A DNA stretch of 64,000 nt, taken from NCBI GenBank assembly GCA_002633005.1, contig NMRA01000199.1, positions 26,505 to 90,504 of the forward strand. The letters are read 5' to 3'. The position numbers were made by a program, and so were the translations under genes. Under the pieces are notes generated by a model, which was not told the DNA's origin, did not search any database, and saw nothing but the letters and a program-made list of their open reading frames with translations. The stretch comes from Phoronis australis. Lineage: Eukaryota; Animalia; Phoronida. Shown here one piece after another: positions 14,896 through 27,000 of this stretch (positions are counted from its first letter, which is position 1; every line of letters begins with the position of its first letter).

Positions 14896-17799
14896 AATGT
14901 TTGTGATTTAATTATGCTTGAAGTATTATCTGGCCGTGAAAGGTGTTCAGAGTACAACGCGCGAACAACGTATCAGACACCGGGTGCGTAAACTATAACA
15001 TTCTCATGTAGTTTTTGGTGAAGTTGACTCATCGGAATTACATCAAACAGACTCGGACGACAAGAGTTCGCTGCTAAAATTATATACAAGTGTGCAATCA
15101 TATAAACTGCCACAGGCATATAATGAGGTATGCACGATGCATCTGAAAGTTACTGGATAGAAGACGTTTGCTGACAGTTTTTCAAGTATTTATCAGGAAT
15201 CCCATATTGGCAAATTTTGCTTATGGCCAGTTAGTTTGACACATTTTTGGTAAATGTCCTTGCAGCCTGAATGTTTACTGCAGGATGGGTTTAAAAACGC
15301 CAAAAGTTACCAGGGGTCCATTTTGTAAATGAAGATTCATAGCAGCAGCCGTGAGTGACCCATATTCTAAAATGCTCACCTTTATATTGAAGGTAGGAAT
15401 GTCAGAAAATTTCACCATTTGTTCAACAAGTCTTTACATTTAATATATTCAGATACACCGCCATTTCAATTCTTTTTACTACTATATTTTATATCAATTG
15501 ATAAAACAAGTCAAAAAGTTGAACAATAATCAATTTAATCAACAATTAGTTCAGGAAGTGTTTCATTATTACACTGTTTGTTTTTAATACACATTTTAGT
15601 TAACACTGTTAATTTTTACAACTAAAAATAATTTGGAACCTATCAGATATGAAAAATACTAATTATATATTCAAATAAAATTCTTTATCTTTTTCTAGAG
15701 TAGACGTACACCTTCAAGAGTTTATCAAAGGGTTTTAATGATATGACTCTTACACAATTCGAATAAGCAGTGTCCGGGTTATTTAGCAAAGTGACGAAAG
15801 GTATTTACAATACAGAAGGCCACTTTTCCCACGGTTATTGGCCTAGTATGTTTGGTGTAAATGGCGGAAGGTACATGATTTTGTATCTGATTAAAGCCAA
15901 GGTTTTGCTAGATCATGTAAATCTTTCAAAGCTGTAGCAACACATCTAGATGGCTTCACGTTGCGTCCACCAGAGTATCTGTGGTACCCAAGACCAACTT
16001 TCTGAATTAAAAACTGATGATCCTTAATTTGATAATGCTTGCTGCAAGGAGACAGCGAAATATTACAAAAAATATGATAACCGCTCTATCTTTTCCTCAT
16101 TTTTACCAATATTTGCAACCTAAGTCCTAATCCATGGCAAAAAACAACACGCCGGAACAAATGCCGAAATGTTGAGTTCCATAATTCGTAGCAGAAGCTT
16201 ATGACAGTGTCAGTTCATAATGTATCACTTTCATCGCCCATTGCAGGTTATGTGCTCTGCGTCATTGCATTGAAGAAACCAAACAAGAAATGAAACAAGA
16301 TTGCGTCTTGTTACAGGCACCACTGTGGTAAATATGGGTTTCTTACCGTACTTATGACAAGTACATCAAAATCAGACATGTTTATGAAGGAATTTGGGAC
16401 TTAAATCGCTCCACTATTACATCCAAGTTATATAGAATCACATACGATATTTCAATTCTATACATCTAGGCATACTCTAAAACATTATATATGTGCTGCG
16501 AAACCTAATATGTTGTCTTGGTAAGCAGGGATTTAGCAAATGTTAGTCTAAGAATAAGACAAAAGCGAAATTGACCTATTTGTAAACAAATAAAAATTAA
16601 TGGACAACATCAAATGAACAGTTCAAGTTCTAGGTTTTGCATGTAAACTATAATCTTATATATTACTTTACTCACATGTTTTGCAAAGCCAATACACCGA
16701 AAACACCCTTTGTTTAGTCGGTAAATGAGCCTTTAGCAGGTTACAAAGTCTGTACATTGAAAGCGTAGAATCTAGTGTTGTACATAATACATTCGACTTG
16801 AGCATCAAATATTAACCTGCACACGTCGAAATTACAATCGCATGAATGCATTTTTTGTAGACATAATATAACTACACGGAAATCAAGTCCTTAGAACTTC
16901 GGTCGAAAGCTGTAGCGTGTCAGTTCACTAAACTAATTCGCAAACTCGTCTCTGAACGTGATTATAATAACAAACATCGACTGAGTTACAATAAAAACCT
17001 TCTCCATCCAAATCCATGTCCTTCTATCAGAAATTACGGTTTAAAGTTTAGGATTATATTATTCATCCGCAGAAAAATCTCGGCACGGAAAGAACGTATT
17101 TACTCAAAGATTCCAACTTTCCAGATAGGTGGCGCTCAACAGTTTCTCCTCATTTTGGCCTCTCCAGGCAACAAAACGACAAAATATGAAACACATGCAG
17201 GTACTGACCATACAAAAAGCTTGTCCACAGTCTAAAACTTGCATCCAAAGTGGGTTCTTTGCTTTATGCCTACAGTAAACCTACAGCGGTAGCCGGGCTA
17301 AGCCGGCGATGCACAAAATTGGCAGTTTTCAACCCAAAAGCACGACTTACATGCAACTACTAGGCACCAGCAGACAACACACTCAGAATGACAAAGCACT
17401 CCAGATTCCAAAACTTGGGAAAATGGGTGCAGACCAGCCGGGTTTTTTTGTTAACCTGAAAAGTCTGAGGGGTACCTGAACTTCCAGCCGAACTGACTTG
17501 TCTTGCCTACAGGAAGTGGCAGAGTGAAAATTATGAACAATTTCCGTTCATAGCCACCACACTTACAGTAAGTCTCAAAATATCCACTCAATTCAACAGG
17601 CACCAATTTCTTATGAAATGGGGGCGGGGAATTTGACTGTGGCTCGAAAAAACTATTGAGTGCCACCTTGCTCCCCAATTTCATTAAAAATTGGTGCCTG
17701 TTGGCCGGGTTGGCTGGGTATTTACTGAGATGATGTTCAACAGTAATGACATCGTAGATCCTATGTTGGTCACTTCTTCAGATCCTGGTTGAGGCATTC

Positions 17800-19705
17800 C
17801 TGCCGTTCTGTCCGTGGTATGTACATGGACCCATGTTGTCTACTGGTGTCAGTGTCCCCTTCTTGTAGGTGCTGCTGATATAGTGTCCAGGACTAGGTGC
17901 GGCGCGCAAATCATTTATCCGCCAGCTTTTTTGGTTCGACGTGAGAAAAACATCCTCCAAGCTCATATCTTAATTGATTCTTATGACTGAGCAAGTCAAG
18001 TTAGATTTCTGCCGTGGATCTGAGATTCCACGAGCCAGGACACCACGGAGCACAGTCTCGCCCGGTGTAGTTGACTGACGTCTACGTCACTGCGGGATGA
18101 GCGTATTTGCATATTCCTGCTTGGCTCCGCGCAAACAGGCACTGTAAGCATGAACGTCATCTCAGTCGAATTTGCATGTCTGTCGCATTAAACTCAAACC
18201 CAAGCGGACCACTGGCACCCACGACCACAATTAAGCCGTATATTGAAGGAACTGTTTTTGCCAGTCTGTACACCATTCCAGCCACTGAGTCCATGACTCC
18301 AAAACCCATTCCCATTACCCATCACCTGTACGACAGATTGGGTTAAGAAATGCTGTTTGGCAACCGTTTGTCCATCTCCAATTTGAAGTACACCCCACCG
18401 ATTACTGAGGCGGCTCTTGGCTCCCAGCTCAGGAAACCACTCACAACGAACCGTCCCTGTCCTAGCCAATACCGGGTGCCAGAATTGCCTGTCGGAATAA
18501 AAATCACACGTCGCCTTGGTTTAATTACGTCAGTCTCATCCCTGTCACGATGGAGATGCATACCGCTATAAACCAGAACATCACCATAGTTGGTGCCGAC
18601 AGGGGATCGAGGAAGACACAAGTTATGGTAGATCTGTCACCACTCGACAGCTGATGACCTAATTAAGTCACTGACTCCTGACAAAGTTTTCATCAGCAGG
18701 GAGGCATGCGTCGATCTTGGACTGATGTGCGCTACCTTCCCTACACCCAGAGTGAACCAACAACAACTTGCAGTATCAGAGGTAAACGGTCCTGACATTG
18801 ACACTGCACGAAAAGCTGCTAACGAGTGGCCTCACATCACCTTTGCAACAGTATCCACAACGTCATAGGCCACCCTGCAACCACCCTCCCCGCAGTTCTG
18901 ACGTGAACAGGGAAAACTACAAGTGTAGGCAACCTGCCGGACTATTATCGCTGAAGTAAAGTTAACAAATGCGACCCCTACTGCTCATGGATGGGCCACC
19001 ACTGAGACTAATGGTGGACCCAAACGCAGAACCTGTCACAGGCTGTGGCAAACTACACCCAGTAGGCCTACCCGTGTCCCACTAATTCATTGACAAACTG
19101 ATTTAAAGGCCAAAATCAAACTAGGCCGGCCTCAGCTTCTCAAATGCGACAAGCAAGTGTGACTAACAAGTTGAAGTGCGGCAGTTCGATCAGTGTGCTG
19201 TGTAAGGCGACAGCTCTTGTAAAGACACCCTCCGAAACAGGGTAAAGTCTCTCCTTTCCGACAACCACCCGTTGGCAAATTGATCAAGATCTTGAAACGA
19301 CAAAAGGACCATTGCCACGTGTCCTTCCACCGACTGCAGTGCACGCAAAGCACACGCGCAGCCAAAGCCAAGCAACCCGATGATCGTATCGTGTTATTAC
19401 CCATCAGTGGACAATCCCGTGGCCGTACAGTACAGGAGATGGATGCGTCGATCCCGTACTACTACCGTAACCATGTTACATGACGGACTCTGTCCAGGTA
19501 AAAATTGACCAAGTTGAGCCTCGAGAACTCCCCTGCCTGCTGTGATCGAACCAAGTGTAGCCTACTATCCAAACCTCCACATGCCATCGCAGTGTTCCAA
19601 GGAGATCTTCACGTGCGAGTCGACAGAGACCAGCACGGCATTGCAACTATGATACGGCGTTCAATTAGTGACACCACCCAACTTTATAGTTTTCTACTAT
19701 AAAAA
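17800..19705 (+). mobile_element. Highly degenerate Gypsy-like LTR retrotransposon gag-pol remnant
   Basis: GC-richer block; CKHERHLSRIC resembles a gag knuckle; TTVTM..GL...LENSPACCDRT...IAVFQGDLHV resembles RT motifs ending in YxDD; many stops and frameshifts. Confidence 0.4.
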
Positions 19706-20429
19706 CGGNGCATTCTCTTGTTCTTTTCAGATGAACGTAAATTGTTAGGATTGTAGCCCGAATACACATCTACACAAGTGGACCTCATCTATTTATGACT
19801 TTTATGAAAACGTCCAAAAGTTGCATACAGCGAAAGCGAAATGTGTTCAGACATGTTATTGGCGACTTTTCGATTCTGAGCCGGAGGACGATCTGGTGCA
19901 GCGTTGTCAGTGTGGAAGTGATCCCATATGCTGGCCTGAGGTTATCATCAGAGTCAACTTGGCTTACAACAGTCCACTAAGGGCCAAATTACAGGAAGGT
20001 AGGGGGTAGTTCGAATTTCTTGAACGGTGGACCTTTGATATTAAGCAAACGTCGAAAAACTGGAGTTTTCATTAAGCCTGCCCTCAGTTGACACAGCTTA
20101 ATTGAGGGGAAGGGAAATTTTGTTACATAACGATGATTCTCAGCTCTATGATGATTTTGAGATGAGTAATGCCAGAGATGAGGACGCCGTGACGCCGGTT
20201 GCTCCCAAAGAACGGGACTCAATTCGGATGTAGGCATTACTTCCTGCCAAATTTTCAAATCAGGCATGCTTAAATGAGTGCCGATTACACCTACTCGGAC
20301 AGAAATATTTAGTCGGAGAATAAACTGTCGAAATTTTTTATCTAGTTATCTAGAGTATTTTTTCGTGTTACTTAAGTTGCTTACCAACGTCGTTGGAAAT
20401 GGGAACATCTCTTTACTCAGCATTCTCTT

Positions 20430-21555
20430 CGCCATTTCAAAGGTTCACTACTTCGAAGGTTCACTACTGCGAAAAGATCTAACTTTTTTCCACTCTTGTG
20501 TAATTTTTACACCTTTACATGCAAAAATGAATGATACATACACTGAATGGTGTACCTATACCGAAAACAACGCCCGGGTATTTTAATACGGCGCATGAAA
20601 TCCAAACAAAGTATTTTAAAAAATATTTTGTTTCGATTTCATGCGCATGCGAAATTGCCCGCATGTCTTACAAACATTGAAAAATGAGAACGTTATTGCT
20701 AATATGGAGTGGGAATATTGATGACTAATTATAAACCACGATACATACAACCGATGAAATCCATGTCAAGGTCGCATCATTTCACAGCGCGACTGAAACG
20801 TTCAGCGGGGCCGCGCCTGAACCTCACCCACCGCCGGACCACGCACACGGCGGGTCGAAATTAAATGTACATGTAGTTAGCAGGCTACCCTGTCCCTGCC
20901 TGAGTTACGAAGTCAGTGAGCCCCATTCAGTCTTCTTAAATAACCGTTGGTCTAATCGCCGCAGCCCTGATCCGAGCCCCAGTCGAGAGTGTTGTCCATG
21001 CTTGAGGATGAGTCGTTAGTTATGTTCAAGAATCACGATTGGCAGTGATTGGAACCGAGCTCATTTGTAAACAACGAAATCAATGTATTAAGAATTAGTC
21101 AACTTTTCCATACCCTTTAAATGGTTACTAAATGGACACAAATACAATAATAATATTTATGTTTGTTACGACTCATTAGCAGACAATCAGAGTAATGAAC
21201 TGTGTACTCAGTGGTTTGAGGTCTGGACTCCTGTTTGGGACTGAGGTTGCCTTCGAATCCTGGCTTCACTGCATGCATTGTCGGCTGCCAATCGTGCATT
21301 GCGCAGAGGTGTCTCCCCATAGTCTCCTACTCTGAGCTCGGTCATACTAGTGAATATGTGCAAGAGTGTAAATTAGAACCTGGATATAATGCTAAGCCAC
21401 TCCTGGGGCCGTGCTTATATTTAAGAAAAAATAACTGTGGGAGTTCTGGTTTTTGGGATTGTGGACAATTGAAGACGCGAACTTTCGAATGTGGCGAGCC
21501 TTCGGAGTAATGGACCTTCGGAGTAGCGAACTTTCGGAATTGTGGCATCTAACCT
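20430..21555. mobile_element. Foldback-type element remnant with inverted arrays of ~16-bp TACTCCGAAGGTTC units
   Basis: Units on the plus strand at 20435-20475 and in reverse complement at 21440-21550; related units also occur at ~870-1125. Confidence 0.45.
21200..21270 (+). mobile_element. Possible tRNA-derived SINE head
   Basis: TGTACTCAGTGGTT...TTCGAATCCTGG, degenerate A and B boxes. Confidence 0.3.
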
Positions 21556-23794
21556 TGGAAATCCTTTCCATCACTGAAGTTAGTTGCTCTTATGAAGTCT
21601 GTGAGGCTGTGCACTACTGACACTCTTGACAAGAGAATTCTATCTCCATTGAACAAAATTTTTGTTGTGTCTAGACTTACTTTTCCCCCAAAATGTGAAC
21701 GTGCTCGTCGGTGTTTTCTCAGAGCATGCAAACACGGTTATAGTTAAATTCTGGTTTTTGAGCAACGACGGAGGGCTGCCTATAGTTAACTGGCCGTCGG
21801 CTTCTACTGAATTTAAAAGGACGGAAACGCACACACGTGTACACGCATGCATGTCAATCCACCAATCCACAGTCGAATTGGACACTGTATTTGACGAATA
21901 CTTTCAATTCCAAATTCGAAAACGCCTGCCTTACCGTACTATGCAGGCAAGTTATATCCGATAACAAACATACTTTCTGCTGTTTTGTTTCTTCGTCGAT
22001 TTTAAGGCATTCACACCACACTGTTACTTTTTGGGAGCTCTCTCGCTGCTATTTAGCTTAATATCTAGGTATAGACATTTATTTCTAGACTCCCTTGTTT
22101 CCCTCCGGTGTAACCACCAGATGTATTCAATGCCGATGAGTAACATAAACATCGTCTAATCGTCTGCACGATCCTGTCATCTACGCAAATACCACTGGGG
22201 CAAAGTTGGCCGGGTACGGCCCGATGATTATGTGAAGCGCTTTGAATCAGAACCAAATTCAAAATTATCATTAATTTAGTTATCATTGTAGTTAGTAGTA
22301 GAGTAGCTGAAACAATTTTATTGTTGGCCATCTGTATCCTATCTGGCTGGAGTTGGACCTTTTCCACGGAGGTGGGGGGGGGATTGTTCGAACCCCTCGA
22401 CCCCCCCCCTGGCTACGGGCCTGCACATAAACAAAAAGTCCGCAAGCAGTAGGGTGCAAAGGTTTAGTGATGACCACCAGGGGCGACTTTTTACTGGATG
22501 CACCGCCCTCTTTCGATTGAAATGCACGAACCCTAGTACTAAGAAAAGTAATGACAGAGATGAAACATTATGTAGAAACTTTATTCAACTTTACTGCAAC
22601 CGAATCAGTCACAATTTCAAAACATTTATTCATAGTGACTGCATGCCACCCTAAATGGATGCCCCCCCCCCCTTCTGCAGGCTATTGTCCCCACTAAAAC
22701 ACTCAACAGCATAGTAAATTGGTGACGATGAGGTGGAAATGAAATCAGTGACAACAATTCTCTAATACATATATTTATTTCCTCAAGAACCACTGACAAT
22801 TTTTGCCAAGAAAAACACCAAAGACCAATCATGTGTTCTAAAGACAAGGGTAGCAGTTTATGAATAAGGAAATACAGCTGTTATTAGAATATATTGTGTT
22901 CATGAGAAAATAATGCTGTCATTGAGAATCCCAGTCCAGCAAGTGAGGTAGCGAAACTGACAACTCATTCAACTTTTACAACTACCCTAACAATAATGAC
23001 GAATTATTACACTTGCAAAAATTTTGATTTCAATGTCATGTAAAAATAAATGGCGTAATTTTTTTTTCAATGGACACAAATTTGCTCACAGATTTTACAA
23101 ACACTTTGATTGGAAACAATACCAATATAATATTTTCAATAAGAAATCTTGCATAACAATCAATCATAAATTACTTTACATTTATCCGAGTAAAACATTT
23201 CTAAAGGTTACATCTACACAAAATAGTTTATTAATTCATAAAATTTAAATAGCTTATAAAGTGTATTATTTTCATTAAGAAACTCATTAAAAATGAAAAC
23301 AATCATTGAGAAATGACTTTTGTGATCAAAAGCAACCAGACTCATTACTGAACAGGGATAAACAACACATTTCTAACAAATAACAATGACATACGGGAGC
23401 CAGGATTAGATCAAGAGACAGTGTTAGATCACGAGGCTCCACCTATTGTTCACCAACATCATCAGTATGAGTCTAAAACCAAGGTTTACTAGGGAGTCTC
23501 CTGGAAAACAGAAACAATGATAGCTCCCACTGGCACTCACTTAACAATGTACACAATTATAGTAAGTTATTACAGAAACATCTCGACTGTGCGAACCCAA
23601 ACCTCAACTCAGAACACTCCAACGAACTTGGCTATGTTCAAAGTATCTAAGGAATGCTGTGCATTTTAGGCGTGCATTTTAGGCGAGAACAGAAAAGATT
23701 AACAACAATTAACAAACGACTAGAGATCGATGTACTCAATGAAACTGAATGAAAAGAACATTGGTTGTAATGACTACTATGATAAGAATATTGA

Positions 23795-23940
23795 TGACAC
23801 AAGCTCCACCCAGTGAGGAAGACACAAGCTCCACCCAGTGAGGAAGACACAAGCTCCACCCACTGATGAAGAGACAAGCTCCACCCACTCGTGATGACGC
23901 AAACTCCATCCACTTCTGATGACACAAGCTCCACCCATTG
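23795..23940. repeat. ~25-bp minisatellite (GACACAAGCTCCACCCAGTGAGGAA) x~6
   Basis: Direct inspection; lies just downstream of the putative pLGIC stop. Confidence 0.9.
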
Positions 23941-24053
23941 ATGACTAAAATGTGTGAGAATCATGTCTCAACTTTTACAAAAAATACATGTAGTCTTCTA
24001 GAATCCTTTGCGAAGCCAAATTTAATCCTGACCTGCCTTTACTGAATCTCATT

Positions 24054-24086
24054 TCATTCTCCATCACCAGTCATTGCATGGTTAAC
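24054..24086 (-). CDS. pLGIC putative terminal exon (VNHAMTGDGE*)
   Basis: TTTCTGTCCGATAG acceptor in phase 0, followed by AT-rich UTR-like sequence. Confidence 0.4.
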   Translation of the reverse strand, partial: VNHAMTGDGE

Positions 24087-27000
24087 CTATCGGACAGAAA
24101 ATTACAGCCAATGCAGTAAAATAAAGAGAAAAGTCGAGTTTCTTTTATTAATCCAAAACAAATCAGATTGCGAACTGGAATCTTGAAATCAATGCATACA
24201 GGCCAATGACGCCTTAGAGTAGTTTTGCTGTAGTCCCTCTAGAACAAGACTGGTTGAAAACGCAATGGTGTTATCTGTCTACCATTTTAATGGACACTCT
24301 CAAACACGCTAAATCTTTTTTTTTCTCCCAACATGGTACATATTTTGTAAATTGAAGTTTCCTGAGAATGAAGATATTATTTTGCTAGACATGAGTGAAA
24401 TGTGAAAATTGCCAATTTTTGTGAATAAGATTTGAGATATCCTTATCACGCGCTTACTTTTTGTAGAAGTAGTTACTTTCAGAACTGCAAAAATGGGTCT
24501 AAACTTGTTCCACACTGAGATTGGATGTGACTCGTGAGCTTGGGATGAACCAGCCACTTGTTGTTGATAAAGACAAGATTAAATAGGTTAGCATAAGTGA
24601 TAAAGAATTGGCAGAATGGAACACATTGAGAACTGTACAATTTTAAAATGGTAAGTTTACACTGTCAGATATTTCTTACAATAGGTGGGTTCACAGTGCA
24701 ATTATTTTTGCCTAATGGAAATTTAAAAAAGATGAAGATATAATTTCTTCTTGAAAATTAATGAAATTTTTTCAGTTTACTGTACACTTCTGTTATTTTT
24801 CGACTGGCTACTTTCATTGTAACTTTTTTCTGTAACTTTGATGAAGGCGTATGAATTCTGATTAAATTCAATCAAGTTTTTAAAATCCAAGAACCCCAGA
24901 CACGCCACACAGAGTTGACCATTCCGAGGTGTTACTGACAGGATTTGAATCCATTCCAAAACATTCAAAAAGTCATTACCTGTCCCACATGTTCACTGTC
25001 CATCAAGGCAAACTTCTGGTAGCTTTCACTTGTGTGAACTCCGACTTTCTTGTGTTTTCGCCTTCTTTTCGAGGTTTCATCCTACAATGTTACGGAAAAA
25101 TTAAAGTCTAAATACAAATGATAAACAAGAGTAGTTTGGCCGAAGTGCCTGTGTGTAAAACAGTCCCTATGGCACCTCTGAAGTCTTATTGTGTCCAGAT
25201 GCAAAACACTAGACTAGTGCAAAACCAATGGGCAAGTTTACTAGGACGTCAGTGAAGGTTGAGCTATCTGTTAAGACAGATATTGATATGACTCCAATTC
25301 GAATTTCAGAATAAATAGCATCAGTTCCAAAGGGGCAACTGCACAAAGGAAGCCTGTATTTGGCTACAACTGAAGTTCAACTACATGCACCTGTGTGTGG
25401 GAAACTTGTTTTGAGCAAAATCCTGTCCAAAATCATGTCTTAAAAATAAACACTAGGAACATGTGCATTTTGAGTGCAGACAAATGAGAAAATTGTCTTG
25501 TTCACACAGCAATTTTGTTGCAATTGACATTTTGTAGTCAAACTGTGTGGGTAGAGGGGGGGGGGGGCAATACCCCCCGTTAACAAAAAGCTCTGCCCCC
25601 AATCGAAAGCTATTTTAATTGTGTTTGCTACACCCTTCTCCGTTCATTGCAAAGAGCCCCAGGTTTGCCACTCATTTCGCAGTATGTTCAACCTCCCCTC
25701 CACAAGTCAACCATCAACACTGAAGTGTTACAGCAAGCAGTTGACACTTCATGACACTACCTTGTATGGTGGTTTCACACACTTACAACATTGGCATCCT
25801 TGACAGCTATATGAACGTTATCATTCTTCTTTGCAAGCCACGCTTCGTTGATTTTCTCATTTAGTGCAAAGTATTCTTTTGTTGCTGTGTGAAGGTACCT
25901 ATTTCTTTTGTTTATCTGGAAACAAATGAAGGATAAGAACAAATTATTTAACATAGAATGTTGAACATTGCATTAACAAAAACCATGAGAAGTGCTTCAA
26001 TCACATCATATGAGACTAGACACTAAGGGACTCTATAGGATGAGGACGTAATAGGAGACTTTTCATATTGGCGCTCTCTAGGCTAATGACAGCACAAAAG
26101 TGACTTCCAAATGATCCCCACTGGTGGACAGAAATTCAATTACTACATCGTGGTTCATAAAGCAGAGGAATCAATTCCACTATCAGCTCCTCCAATTGTT
26201 TGATTACTTGACGTTTGCAAATTTACTTTAAACATTTTTACACCAGTTGGGATTAAAATTCTCACACTTTAAAAGCAGAGCCACTGGCTTCATCGTGGAT
26301 TCATCTTTGCAATGGGAAATGTATGGAACTGGAGTTCCTTACTCATCAACTGATATTTCAAAAGGTTTGTCTTCTTTCCTAAGGCATTGGTACATCCCAC
26401 TGTGCAGCAGTGGAAATTTGCCGGCATTATAATACCAGGAAAGGTGTTAAAACGCTGCTTATACCCGTACAGTAGGTTTAAACCTCCCAATCGCATTATA
26501 CATAGAATCTGTAGGTGGCGCTGAATGCCTGTCCACCAAAGACCTGATTGTCGTCTGGCGGGTTAGTGAATTTCAATATGGCACAGACTGCTATTTGGAA
26601 AGGTAGCTATTTCACAATTGTTTTAAACTGCACTGTCTAATCACATACACTGTCGAAGGGTCTTTTCATGAAAGCAAACACAGACCCCTGTGCCAGCCAC
26701 TGTGAAGATGAATAATAAAATGTCAGTTTTTAGTTGTAACATTTCAAAGTAAAATGACAACAAATGCCTAATGGTACAGGTAGGTGGTGATAAGACTCAC
26801 CAGTCCCACATGATCAACACCCATTGCTTCCTGAAAGTCTCCAATTGACGCATATACACATAACCTTCAGCCAAACCATATTACGTTAAAATTTCTCCAG
26901 TTTGGAACCATCTCCAAACCTGGGACACTGATGTTCAAGTACAACTTGAGCTTTCTTGCTTCGTAAGATTGGGACACTGTATGATACATCAACAGAGTCT

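Noticed and set aside
23795-23940. CRISPR-like repeat array
   Set aside because: Head-to-tail units without unique spacers, no cas genes, eukaryotic context.
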